From contig DATLSZ010000038.1 in assembly GCA_035533875.1 (NCBI GenBank), forward strand, positions 355 through 64,354: a stretch of DNA of 64,000 bases, given 5' to 3'. This document shows positions 1 to 9,201 of the stretch, one piece after another; position 1 is the stretch's first letter, and each line of letters opens with the position of its first letter. The position numbers and the translations under genes are program-made. The notes under the pieces were generated by a model. It was not told where the DNA came from and did not search any database. It saw nothing but the letters and a program-made list of their open reading frames with translations. The DNA comes from Candidatus Acidiferrales bacterium (GTDB lineage Bacteria > Patescibacteriota > Microgenomatia > Levybacterales > UBA12049).

Positions 1-63
1 AAAAAGACTGTTAAAAAGGCTGTTAAGAAAACAGTAAAGAAAACAGCAGCAAAAAAGAAATAG
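1..63 (+). CDS. 3' end of an upstream gene with a Lys-rich tail (KKTVKKAVKKTVKKTAAKKK*); product not identifiable
   Basis: Frame 1 is open from the window edge to TAG at 61-63 and is followed by a hairpin terminator. Confidence 0.4.
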   Translation, partial: KKTVKKAVKKTVKKTAAKKK

Positions 64-108
64 TAATGTAAGGTGAATTATCACTTTACCAACTGATCAA
101 TTGGTAAA

Positions 109-138
109 AACCCCTGCCAGCATGGTGGGGGTTTTTCT
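109..138 (+). terminator. Rho-independent terminator
   Basis: Stem CCCCTGCCA / TGGTGGGGG (includes G:U pairs) with a 3-nt loop, followed by TTTTTCTTT. Confidence 0.6.
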
Positions 139-218
139 TTAAGTGGTTTGATTTTGAAGATACGTTACTATCGTTTAGGCTTTCCTTTGAGGCTGAGATA
201 TGGTAAGATTAATTACGT

Positions 219-2984
219 ATGTTAGGGTTACTCAACAAAGTTTTCGATTCCAATAAGCGGGAAATAAACGCGCTCCAGCCGCTCGTTGATAAGATCAATG
301 CCGAAGAAGATACGGTCAAGAAATTAAAAGACAAAGACTTTCCCAAAAAGACACAGGAATTCCGGGACCGTATCAAAGACGGAGAAAAATTGATGGATGT
401 TTTGCCGGAAGCATTTGCTCTGGCTCGTGAAGCATCCCGCAGGGCTATTGGTCTGCGGCAGTTTGACCAACAAATGATGGGAGGAATAGTCCTAGCGCAA
501 GGAAAAATTGCCGAGCAAAAAACAGGTGAAGGAAAGACGCTGACCGCTGTTTCGGCATTGTATCTTCACAGTTTGCTGGGCAAAGGTGCTCATTTGGTAA
601 CGGTCAATGATTATTTGGCCAGGCGTGATGCTGGCTGGATGGGACCGGTTTTTAATTTATTGGGAGTTTCGGTTGCCGCTATGATCAATGATCAATCATT
701 TATCTACGATCCGGAGTTTGTCAATAAAGAGGCAAATGATTACCGCCTGACGCATCTCAAACCAATATCCCGCAAAGAAGCATACGATGCCGATGTGACA
801 TACGGGATCAATTCTGAGTTCGGATTTGACTATCTCCGTGATAATATGGCACAAGACATGACCAACGTCGTTCAGCGCGGCTACTATTATGCGATTGTCG
901 ATGAGGTTGACTCAGTTCTCATTGATGAAGCCCGGACGCCGCATATTATTTCAGCACCCGACGAATCACCTTCACAACGGTATTATGAATACGCCAAAGT
1001 CGTTGATAAGTTATCGCCTGATACGGATTATAAAATTGATGAGAAGTTCCGTACTGCTCATCTGACCGATCATGGAATCGGCAAAGTTGAGAAGCTCTAC
1101 GGTATCAAAGATATCTATGAGAAGGATTTTGACACTGTCTATCATTTGGAAGCCGCATTGAAAGCGCGTGCGCTCTTCCATCGTGAAAAAGATTATATTG
1201 TCAAAGATAATCAAGTGGTGTTGGTCGATGAGTTTACCGGAAGACTACTTGAGGGTCGTCGTCTGTCCGAAGGCATTCATCAGGCAATTGAAGCAAAAGA
1301 AGGCGTTCCGATCCAGCGTGAATCAAAAACACTCGCAACGGTTTCTCTACAGAATTATTTCCGTATGTATGAGAAATTGGCTGGCATGACCGGTACTGCT
1401 GTGACAGAAGCAGAGGAGTTCCGGAAGATTTATAATCTGGATGTTGTTGTGGTACCGACATACCGTCCGGTTCAGCGTATTGATCATGCGGATGCAGTAT
1501 ATAAATCCGGACGTGCGAAATACACAGCTGTCGCGAATTCTATCGAGGAAGCGCATAAAAAAGGTCAGCCGGTTCTTGTCGGTACAACTTCAATTGATAA
1601 GAATGAAATTGTTGCAGAACTGCTTCGCCGCCGCAAAATCAAGCATGAAGTCCTGAACGCAAAGAACCATTTGCGGGAAGCGGAAATTATCGCTAATGCC
1701 GGGAAGAAGGGTGCGGTGACTGTCGCAACCAACATGGCTGGCCGGGGAGTTGATATTGTTCTTGGCGGATCGCTTGACGTGGGCGCAACTGATGCAGAAA
1801 AGAAGCAGTGGCAGAAAGAGCATGACGAAGTGTTGAAATTAGGTGGATTATATGTTGTCGGTACCGAGCGTCATGAATCTCGGCGTATTGATAATCAGCT
1901 GCGGGGTCGGTCCGGCCGGCAGGGTGATCCGGGCGCGTCACGATTTTTTGTCGCACTGGACGATGAAATCATGCGGCTCTTCGGCGGAGACAGGATAGCA
2001 GGGATGATGACACGATTTAATATGCCTGAGGACGTGCCTCTCGAACATGCACTTGTGACCAAATCCATCGAGAACGCGCAGGTAAAAGTTGAGAGTTTCA
2101 ATTTCGATTCTCGCAAACATTTAGTTGAGTATGATGATGTGCTGAATAAGCAGCGGGAAATTATCTATGGACGTCGCCGTAAGATTCTAGAAAATACGCT
2201 TGATGAAAAGAGTACGCTTAAGGAACTTATTCGTGAGAAAATTCATGATGCCGTGTCAAGTTTGGTCGAGCTTGCGGTTGCCAATCAAGTAGCAACGACA
2301 GATTCGGTAAATGACGATATCAGTGACGCGTTCAACACGATTATTCCTTTTGATGAGGCATCCAAGTCGCAACTGGGCAAACAACTTGAGCAGTATCATG
2401 ATACTGATGCGAAAATAGCATTTCTCACCAAAATCGCGGATGACATTTATGATAATCGGGAGAAACAGCTTGGTATACGTCTTATGCGGGAGATTGAAAA
2501 ATATATTATGCTGTCAGTCATCGACAATCTCTGGACCAACCACCTCGATGCCATAGATAATCTGCGCCAGGGGATTGGTCTGCGTGGGTATGCGCAGCGT
2601 GATCCATTGGTCGAGTATAAGAATGAGGCGTTCAGGATGTTTGAGCAGCTCGTCTGGGCAATTGATGATGAGATAGTACATAGGATCTACAAAGTTCAGG
2701 TGCAGCAGCCGGCAGCAGGTTCAGGACCTACAGGTGAAACACATACCCATGAAGACGGTAGTGTTCATGAAGGCCCGGCACATCCGGAAGCAGCAGCTCC
2801 AGCTCCCAAACCTCGAAAAATAGTCACCAATACACCACAGAGTGAAATTTCGGACGATGGGAAGAAAAAAAGCCGTCCTCAAGAGGACTCCCTCGCCTCA
2901 AAGAGGCTCGGTCGTAACGATCCCTGCTGGTGCGGATCTGGGAAAAAGTGGAAGAAATGCCACTATCCGCAAATGCCTGCTTAA
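219..2984 (+). CDS. secA: Preprotein translocase ATPase SecA
   Basis: 921 aa. DEAD-like motor motifs (MMGGIVLAQGKIAEQKTGEGKT, IVDEVDSVLIDEARTP, TNMAGRGVDI) and a C-terminal SEC-C zinc motif CWCGSGKKWKKCH. Confidence 0.97.
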   Translation: MLGLLNKVFDSNKREINALQPLVDKINAEEDTVKKLKDKDFPKKTQEFRDRIKDGEKLMDVLPEAFALAREASRRAIGLRQFDQQMMGGIVLAQGKIAEQKTGEGKTLTAVSALYLHSLLGKGAHLVTVNDYLARRDAGWMGPVFNLLGVSVAAMINDQSFIYDPEFVNKEANDYRLTHLKPISRKEAYDADVTYGINSEFGFDYLRDNMAQDMTNVVQRGYYYAIVDEVDSVLIDEARTPHIISAPDESPSQRYYEYAKVVDKLSPDTDYKIDEKFRTAHLTDHGIGKVEKLYGIKDIYEKDFDTVYHLEAALKARALFHREKDYIVKDNQVVLVDEFTGRLLEGRRLSEGIHQAIEAKEGVPIQRESKTLATVSLQNYFRMYEKLAGMTGTAVTEAEEFRKIYNLDVVVVPTYRPVQRIDHADAVYKSGRAKYTAVANSIEEAHKKGQPVLVGTTSIDKNEIVAELLRRRKIKHEVLNAKNHLREAEIIANAGKKGAVTVATNMAGRGVDIVLGGSLDVGATDAEKKQWQKEHDEVLKLGGLYVVGTERHESRRIDNQLRGRSGRQGDPGASRFFVALDDEIMRLFGGDRIAGMMTRFNMPEDVPLEHALVTKSIENAQVKVESFNFDSRKHLVEYDDVLNKQREIIYGRRRKILENTLDEKSTLKELIREKIHDAVSSLVELAVANQVATTDSVNDDISDAFNTIIPFDEASKSQLGKQLEQYHDTDAKIAFLTKIADDIYDNREKQLGIRLMREIEKYIMLSVIDNLWTNHLDAIDNLRQGIGLRGYAQRDPLVEYKNEAFRMFEQLVWAIDDEIVHRIYKVQVQQPAAGSGPTGETHTHEDGSVHEGPAHPEAAAPAPKPRKIVTNTPQSEISDDGKKKSRPQEDSLASKRLGRNDPCWCGSGKKWKKCHYPQMPA

Positions 2985-2994
2985 GACTTCTTTT

Positions 2995-4656
2995 TTAGTT
3001 TGGTAGTTTATAATTCTTAACTGCAGAGATCATCGGGTCGCTAGGAGACATATTGAATCCGCATCTATATCCTTGTTCATTCGCGTTTAAATAGTTCCAA
3101 TAGACAACTCCTGATGCTCCACCGTTCGTACCGGTAGTGCTCAGCTCCATATTTGTCTTATTTATCAGCCAGGTTTTCCGGGCAGCAAGACTAAAGCCAG
3201 AGTGGTTTGCAGAAGTATCCGCAGTACCTGGATTTGGTGTGTTGGATGTGCAGCCTGAACCCCCGCTTACACCGACTTCATCACTGATGAATGGTTTGTT
3301 GAGATTCTTGGCCGCTTGCTTAACTTGTGCAAAATCTCCTGAGATTGTTTGTCCACCACCCCAGTCCCAAGAATAGTCGTGGAAATCAAGAATATCCAAT
3401 TTACTGAAAAGCGCTTGGTAGTCAGCTGCTCCGCCCATGTCGGAGACATCAGCTGGTGCAATGCTGATGAGCTGTTTTGCACCGGCAGCCTTGATCAGTG
3501 TATCCGCGCCGTTTATGTATGCTTGGGCTGTCGAAAGCGGTATACCTTGACCTACCACCGTAGCACCACCTTCACCATTGCCGCTATGAAATGGTTCGTT
3601 ACCGATTTCCCATATCGCAACGGTAGGATTGTCGGCGAGTGGTGTTACCAGCTGTTTAACCCAGTTCGCGTAATTGCTGCCTGATTGATAAGAGGATTGA
3701 TAGTAGGAGAGGGTTTTGCCACTGCCTTGCTGACCATTGCCTGAACCATTCAGGTCGCTGCAATTGCTATTGTCATCACTCAAGCCGATAATAAGATGCT
3801 GATGATATTTTGTCGCCTCATTGACGATACTCTCAATGTAGGAGACGCCTCCTGGATTGTTCTGAACCGCAAAGATACGGGCCATACCATTTGCAGGCAA
3901 GTTGGAAAAGTACGTGTCCATCTCTGCTGTTGTCCAATTGTTGCCGCTCCAACATTGTCCGATTATACCGTTGGGGTTAAAACCTATGAACCGAAACGGT
4001 TTGCCATTGAGCATCAATTGTGTCCCGGATGCCGTTATAAATCCTGAGTTGGAACTCGGCGGTTGCGAATTGGGGTTTGGTTGTCCAAAGATAGTAGGTG
4101 TAGGATTACCACCGTGCGCTGATGAGGGAGTACCGGATATATTTCCACCACCGCCCCCTGCACCTGCAGAGGGAGCAGCGGCGGAAGGTGCTGCAGAAGG
4201 TGAAGTGTTAGAACTGCAGGGAGTTAGTGAAGGAAGCTGAATACCTAATTTTTGGAAGAGAAATTGGAGTAATTGCCAGAGTAATTGAAAAAACTGCTGG
4301 ATACTTCCCCCATTCACCGAGTGATGTCTCTTGCCATGATAATGCATTGAGTATACAGTTCCGGTATTTTGCGAAGAGAGAGAAGGCTGAGAAGAAGAAC
4401 AAGGAAGCGTGGAAGTGGGAGATTGCGCGTCGGAAGGCGCAGCAGAAGGGTTGGGTTGGGAGCTACTGGGAGTGCCGGAAGAGATACTGGAGGGAGCAGA
4501 GCTGATAGGATTTGTTGTGTTACCGGTAACAGAAGGTTGAGTCTTACAAGAACCCAGACAATGAGGGGAAGGAATAGGAATAGTACTTTGAGCAAAAACA
4601 GGAACACAGGTAAGGATAGAGAAAACGAACAAGGAAACGAGCAGAAAATATTTCAT
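2995..4656 (-). CDS. Secreted glycoside hydrolase, GH5-like (mannanase/cellulase fold), with an N-terminal Cys/His/hydrophobic-helix module
   Basis: Signal peptide MKYFLLVSLFVFSILTCVPVFA, Ser/Pro-rich linkers and a clan GH-A acid/base motif IWEIGNEP. Confidence 0.75.
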   Translation of the reverse strand: MKYFLLVSLFVFSILTCVPVFAQSTIPIPSPHCLGSCKTQPSVTGNTTNPISSAPSSISSGTPSSSQPNPSAAPSDAQSPTSTLPCSSSQPSLSSQNTGTVYSMHYHGKRHHSVNGGSIQQFFQLLWQLLQFLFQKLGIQLPSLTPCSSNTSPSAAPSAAAPSAGAGGGGGNISGTPSSAHGGNPTPTIFGQPNPNSQPPSSNSGFITASGTQLMLNGKPFRFIGFNPNGIIGQCWSGNNWTTAEMDTYFSNLPANGMARIFAVQNNPGGVSYIESIVNEATKYHQHLIIGLSDDNSNCSDLNGSGNGQQGSGKTLSYYQSSYQSGSNYANWVKQLVTPLADNPTVAIWEIGNEPFHSGNGEGGATVVGQGIPLSTAQAYINGADTLIKAAGAKQLISIAPADVSDMGGAADYQALFSKLDILDFHDYSWDWGGGQTISGDFAQVKQAAKNLNKPFISDEVGVSGGSGCTSNTPNPGTADTSANHSGFSLAARKTWLINKTNMELSTTGTNGGASGVVYWNYLNANEQGYRCGFNMSPSDPMISAVKNYKLPN

Positions 4657-4770
4657 TAAAATAGATACAATCTCAGATTAAAATATTATGCTGGAGGTGT
4701 CAAGATAAGATAAATCATTTAACGGACATTTACTAGTACTTAGCTCTAATTTATTAGTCGTAATAGTTAT

Positions 4771-4845
4771 AAACATTACTTATTTGTGTGGTTCCCTATA
4801 TTGATGACAGCTCAAGAAATGCCACTATTCACAACTAGGGTAAAA
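4771..4845 (+). repeat. secA-3'-end-like repeat, copy 1 (core GATGACAGCTCAAGAAATGCCACTAT at 4803-4828)
   Basis: The 26-nt core is identical to 6227-6252. Reads LKKCHYSQLG* in the frame equivalent to the secA tail WKKCHYPQMPA*. Confidence 0.8.
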
Positions 4846-4849
4846 GAGG

Positions 4850-6097
4850 TTAGTTAGTAGGTACGCTTCCACACCACCATCCGCCTTTCGGTAACATGAT
4901 TGCTGGACACATTGTTCCGGGTTTGCATATAGGCTTTGGGGTGCAGGTTGGTTTTGGCTGCGGAGGGCACCAGCCGCCTACAGGTTCTGCAATCATACAT
5001 CGTGGCGTAGCATCCAGACATTTAGGTCTCGGCATACATGATGGCGCCGGCGAAGTAGAGGTAGATGGACACCACCCGCCACGTGGCTCCGCAGGGCACA
5101 TGATTCCTAATTTTGAACCCGGATAACACTGAGGAGGCTTTGGAATACACGATGGAATAGGTCCGCAGACTGGTTGATTTATGGAGCTAGATGCTTTTGC
5201 ATTTTGTTTTATTGCATTTGAGACCTGCTGGAAAATACCGGTAAGTTGATCGGCTGTTGGCGCATAAAAGAATGCACCCCCGGTGTCCGCTGCTATTTTT
5301 TTAAGAGAATTAAAATTAGCATTCTTTCCGGGTGTCCCAACCCCAACAGTAAAGAATGTCATTGCTGATGTTTTATAAGCATTTATAGCTGCTTGAAGTG
5401 CTGCTTGTTTTCCTTGAGATGTGTCTAATGCCTGTGGTGGTTGCATAAGTTCAGTCCAATTTGCTTCTCCATCAGTTATAACTATTGCTACTTTATTATT
5501 TTCGCTCGCGGCATCTTGTATCTCTTCTCCTTTAGCTACATCGATTCCGCATTGGGTACAAGTGCGGTATTCCAGATGTCCTGCAGCTTTTTTGACAACA
5601 GATTTCAACATGGAATAATTTTTTGTTAACTTTTGATCTAATGTTGCTGCTCGTCCGAAAGTTACCAAACCGGCCTTACTACTTTTATCAATTGAAATTA
5701 AGTCTATGAAATTATTCATCGCTGTTACTGCTGCAGCCATTTTCGTTTGGGAGCCGGATTTGCCATGCATACTATCTGAAATATCAAGAACAAAGAGAAT
5801 GTCGGCGGAGCCGGAAAGACATATGGGTTTTGGTTTGGGTATCGGAACACAGGTACCTCCGGTATCCGGAATGCTGCCATTGATATTGCATTCATATCCT
5901 ACCGGACAAAGAGACGTATTGGTAAGTCCACAAGCTTGAGTCATTGGCGCTGCTTCTTGTTTTATTTGCTGCTGTTGGTTTGAGGCAAGAAGCGTAATTG
6001 GCAAACTCACCGCAAGTAGGAAGAGGACAATTAATGTAGCATGCGTACCATTACTAACACTAGAGAAATAGTGCTTTATAAATAGTTTTATCCTCAT
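4850..6097 (-). CDS. Membrane-anchored/secreted von Willebrand factor A domain protein with a Cys/Pro-rich C-terminal repeat region
   Basis: MIDAS motif in ILFVLDISDSMHG. N-terminal hydrophobic anchor. C-terminal GGWCP repeats. Start moved to ATG at 6097 (MRIKLF...); the ORF track extends to 6154. Confidence 0.8.
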   Translation of the reverse strand: MRIKLFIKHYFSSVSNGTHATLIVLFLLAVSLPITLLASNQQQQIKQEAAPMTQACGLTNTSLCPVGYECNINGSIPDTGGTCVPIPKPKPICLSGSADILFVLDISDSMHGKSGSQTKMAAAVTAMNNFIDLISIDKSSKAGLVTFGRAATLDQKLTKNYSMLKSVVKKAAGHLEYRTCTQCGIDVAKGEEIQDAASENNKVAIVITDGEANWTELMQPPQALDTSQGKQAALQAAINAYKTSAMTFFTVGVGTPGKNANFNSLKKIAADTGGAFFYAPTADQLTGIFQQVSNAIKQNAKASSSINQPVCGPIPSCIPKPPQCYPGSKLGIMCPAEPRGGWCPSTSTSPAPSCMPRPKCLDATPRCMIAEPVGGWCPPQPKPTCTPKPICKPGTMCPAIMLPKGGWWCGSVPTN

Positions 6098-6190
6098 AAA
6101 AATGAATGAAAAAGACTCTAATTCTAACTTACGAGTATTCAAAGTTACTGTCAAGTATTAAAGTATAAATTTTGATGCTGTAATAATACA

Positions 6191-6265
6191 ACAAAAATGT
6201 TATAAGTTTATGATGTGCCTTATTTGGATGACAGCTCAAGAAATGCCACTATCCTCAGATAGGTT
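6191..6265 (+). repeat. secA-3'-end-like repeat, copy 2 (core at 6227-6252)
   Basis: 17 nt AAGAAATGCCACTATCC (6238-6254) is identical to secA 2952-2968. Reads LKKCHYPQIG* in the secA-equivalent frame. Confidence 0.8.
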
Positions 6266-6412
6266 GATATATTGATCTAATCAGCTATTTCAAGTCATTC
6301 TTTATACTGTATTAAGATTAGTCAAATTGACCCAGTACCCCAAACGTTCGTATCTTGACTGCTCTGTAAGAATTGATTACGCTAAATAATAGATATACAA
6401 ATAGTCATACCT

Positions 6413-8320
6413 GTGAAATATTTATTATTGCTACCACTTACTCTGATTTCATTATTTGCGAATTTCTCTTTTGCCTATGCCCAAACATCTGTTTCTCCGT
6501 CAGTTTTTTATTGTGTTGGTAATAATCCTCAACCTCCTTGTGTTACTATTGCCCCAACGCAATCAACAGTAAATAGTAGTCCTTCAGTCTCCCCAGCTTC
6601 GAGTATAGGCGGTACTATCAATCCTGTTTCCGGCATAGTAAGCCCTTCCGTTTCAATTTCAGTGACCCCCAGCACAGGAACAGGTCCCAATATCCCAGGA
6701 GGAGTATGTACTAATCTTAGTCAACTTTTAAATACGCTCGTTCCTATACAAACCAGCACCAATGCAAAAATCCATATCAAATGTGAACCAGCAAATAGTG
6801 GCGGCGGTAGTGGCAATGGTGGTGGTAATCCCAACAATGGATTAATAAGTAAATTTATAACATTACTCGTGCAACTTATTATGCAGTTGTTTCAATTATG
6901 TGGTATGCAACCTCCAACCGCTGGCACACCAACAATATCAGGAACACCATCTATCTCCCCAGCTTCATCAGTAAGCTCAACACCTTCCTCAGGTATTCCA
7001 TCAAGTGTTGTAGCTACGCCAACTGTTTTTTCAGTATCTCCATCAACTGGTACTAACACTCCCCCTACAGGTAATAGTACTCTGAAAATAGGCAATAACG
7101 CTCCACCTGCTGGCACCAATGCTGTGGTAGATTTCCGTAAAAATCTATCAGTTCCGGCACTGAATGTCTACTCGATCGGGGACACTATTTCAGAATTTGG
7201 TTATCCTAACAACAATATTGCAAATGCCACTTGGAGAAGTACGCTAGCCAAGCTCGGACCATTGGCGTGGCGTCTCGCTCTACGTATGAACGGCAATAGC
7301 GTAGCAGCTGGTGCAGGTGGTGGCAATGGTGACGGAACTGCCTACGTCAAAGATATTAGGGCTATGAACGGCGTACCCGTTGTCATTGCTGCTGGCAAGA
7401 CTGGAGATTACGATATTGACCCTAACATGAGTGTACAGTTGGTTCACTACTTTAACGATGGTGGTGGACGAAATGGCGGTCCAGTTAAAATATGGATAAT
7501 CGGTAATGAGCCTGACAATGGAAATTCGGGCGGCTACATTGGTGCTTTAAACGCTACGACGAAAGCCATGAAGCAAGCTGATCCAAGTATTCAGATTTCC
7601 GCTCCGGCTGCTTCACATTTTGATGATGGTCTTATGGGTGCAGCTAATAATACTGCCGGACAGTATATTAATTACATGAGTTATCATGCCTATACAGGTG
7701 GGGATGGACAAGGCGTGTACTCGACACCGGAATTTCTGACCGAGGCACAGCATGTCAAGAATAGCTACGGTAAAACACCTGCACTCGAAGAGTTCAACTG
7801 GAACTTTAGATGTGCAGGAGGAAATGGATATAGTGACTGGGAAGGTGGCGTGTACATTGCTAGTGTCATCGGCAACTCTCTCGCAGGGGGTGCTGGTCAC
7901 GCCTACATGTACGCTGATTCCGGCGGCTGCGGTACCCTATATAATGGTGGCGCACCTATGCCAGCATATTACGGCTTAGGTATCTGGACGGGTATGAATG
8001 GTCAGTTCGACCGCTTCGGCAGTCAGCTCGTTAACTCTAGTGTGGGTGGTGTTGATGTGACAAACGGTGGTAAGTCAGGACTATCTCAGCAAGTAGAACT
8101 GTTCGCGATGAACAATGGTAAGATCGTAGCGATAAACAAGAACGGTGGCGCTGAGAACATAACGATAGGTCTTGGCGGTCTGACAACTGGTTCATACACG
8201 GTGTGGCAAACCGACACCACCGGACCTATCAAAGAAGTCCGAGGTAGCACAAACTTCACAGGTTCAAAGATTACCATAACATTGCCTGGCCATACGGTAT
8301 CCAGTATCGACGTACAGTAA
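6413..8320 (+). CDS. Secreted glycoside hydrolase, clan GH-A (GH5/GH30/GH39-like), with an N-terminal Cys/His/hydrophobic-helix module
   Basis: GTG start. Signal peptide, Ser/Pro-rich linkers, IWIIGNEPDNG motif and a C-terminal beta-sandwich-like tail (ITITLPGHTVSSIDVQ). Confidence 0.7.
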   Translation: MKYLLLLPLTLISLFANFSFAYAQTSVSPSVFYCVGNNPQPPCVTIAPTQSTVNSSPSVSPASSIGGTINPVSGIVSPSVSISVTPSTGTGPNIPGGVCTNLSQLLNTLVPIQTSTNAKIHIKCEPANSGGGSGNGGGNPNNGLISKFITLLVQLIMQLFQLCGMQPPTAGTPTISGTPSISPASSVSSTPSSGIPSSVVATPTVFSVSPSTGTNTPPTGNSTLKIGNNAPPAGTNAVVDFRKNLSVPALNVYSIGDTISEFGYPNNNIANATWRSTLAKLGPLAWRLALRMNGNSVAAGAGGGNGDGTAYVKDIRAMNGVPVVIAAGKTGDYDIDPNMSVQLVHYFNDGGGRNGGPVKIWIIGNEPDNGNSGGYIGALNATTKAMKQADPSIQISAPAASHFDDGLMGAANNTAGQYINYMSYHAYTGGDGQGVYSTPEFLTEAQHVKNSYGKTPALEEFNWNFRCAGGNGYSDWEGGVYIASVIGNSLAGGAGHAYMYADSGGCGTLYNGGAPMPAYYGLGIWTGMNGQFDRFGSQLVNSSVGGVDVTNGGKSGLSQQVELFAMNNGKIVAINKNGGAENITIGLGGLTTGSYTVWQTDTTGPIKEVRGSTNFTGSKITITLPGHTVSSIDVQ

Positions 8321-8387
8321 GTACTCCTTAAGATATGTAGTACTTCCTGGTTGAACGCTAAGGATACTATCGGGCAGGAAGTGCAAA

Positions 8388-8420
8388 GACAGTTCAAAAA
8401 ATGCCACGATCCGAATTACC
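8388..8420 (+). repeat. secA-3'-end-like repeat, copy 3 (divergent)
   Basis: GACAGTTCAAAAAATGCCACGATCC matches the copy 1/2 core at 22 of 25 positions. Reads QFKKCHDPNY in the secA-equivalent frame. Confidence 0.6.
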
Positions 8421-8468
8421 ATAAACATGCTTCTTCTGTGGAATTACAAAAATTTTCCGTTGTTGAGT

Positions 8469-8497
8469 TTGACAACTGTTGTTAGATAGGTTAATCT
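8469..8497 (+). promoter_or_regulatory. Possible sigma70-type promoter
   Basis: TTGACA, 17-nt spacer, TAATCT. Lies upstream of the small ORF at 8634. Confidence 0.3.
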
Positions 8498-8633
8498 ACT
8501 TTTATATACGCTTCTGGAGAATTATCCTTTTTTAGCCTCTTCCAAAAACATTTACAATAAATTAGAACATTGTTTACATAATTCTTTTATTGAATGAAGA
8601 TAATTAATTATTATGAAAGGAGGTGATTAAAAA

Positions 8634-8696
8634 ATGGTTTATATTCTTTATCAAACGCTTATACATTACGGTCCACCCGGAACCTCATTGGCATAA
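8634..8696 (+). CDS. Candidate 20-aa small ORF (MVYILYQTLIHYGPPGTSLA)
   Basis: Strong Shine-Dalgarno AAAGGAGGTGA ending 7 nt upstream of the ATG. HYGPPGTS resembles HTGPPGQS in the next gene. Confidence 0.25.
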   Translation: MVYILYQTLIHYGPPGTSLA

Positions 8697-8806
8697 TAAA
8701 TATAAATCTCCTCTCTTTTTAATGTTCTTTTTATTGTAGTTTTTTGATTTATGCTGAAATTATCTTTCGTGAGAATTAAGACATGTCTTTTGTGGCCCTT
8801 TGAGCT

Positions 8807-9142
8807 ATGTGTTCAATCCGAGGGAGAAAGGGGGTGATTGCTATTTCAAAATTAATTGGATTATTTATCGTCTTATCGGTATTTCTTACGTCAACGTTGA
8901 TGACACAAACTGCGTTTGCGGCATCAGGGACGATCAAGCCCGGATGGGGGTTTGGTGATAAGAATCATATTCATACTGGCCCTCCCGGCCAGTCGGTGAG
9001 ACCAAGTGTTTCCGAATCGGTAAATGTCAGCGCTAATACCGGAGGAAATAAAACCGGGAATAATTCCGTGGTTCTTACTGGGAATGCCAATGTGATGGTG
9101 TCAATAGAAAATTTCTTCTCCCATTTATTTGGTAAAATTTGA
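8807..9142 (+). CDS. Small secreted hypothetical protein
   Basis: Signal peptide ending TAFA/AS. An alternative GTG start at 8834 is preceded by GGGAG. Terminator lies downstream. Confidence 0.6.
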   Translation: MCSIRGRKGVIAISKLIGLFIVLSVFLTSTLMTQTAFAASGTIKPGWGFGDKNHIHTGPPGQSVRPSVSESVNVSANTGGNKTGNNSVVLTGNANVMVSIENFFSHLFGKI

Positions 9143-9167
9143 GGTAAGGATTTAGGGATTTGATGAT

Positions 9168-9201
9168 AGCATAGGCTTGCTCGACGGGGCATGCCTATGC
9201 T
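9168..9201 (+). terminator. Hairpin terminator
   Basis: AGCATAGGC / GCCTATGCT 9-bp stem 26 nt after the stop codon. The T-run is weak (CTTTGATT). Confidence 0.5.

Noticed and set aside
4803-4828. On the minus strand the secA-like repeat reads TGGCATTTCTTGAGCT, which resembles a sigma54 -24/-12 promoter (GG-N10-GC) about 130-170 nt upstream of two minus-strand genes
   Set aside because: The -12 region is GAGC rather than TTGC. Copy 3 and the secA copy break the GC. Copy 3 is not upstream of a minus-strand gene. No rpoN or enhancer-binding protein is visible in the window.
4785-4838. In another frame, copies 1-3 of the repeat encode (V)PY(I/L)DDSSRNATI...stop, with mostly synonymous or conservative differences and a GTG start, suggesting a conserved 15-aa micro-ORF
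   Set aside because: There is no SD and only three short copies. The alternative secA-tail frame explains the conservation equally well and also links to the real secA terminus. It is kept only as a note.
6211-6267. Reading TGA as Gly would extend the KKCHYP remnant frames upstream (C-A-L-F-G-TGA-Q-L-K-K-C-H), hinting at an alternative genetic code
   Set aside because: RF2 (prfB) is present and intact, and many well-supported genes in the window end in TGA at the expected length. The remnants are better explained as decayed fragments.
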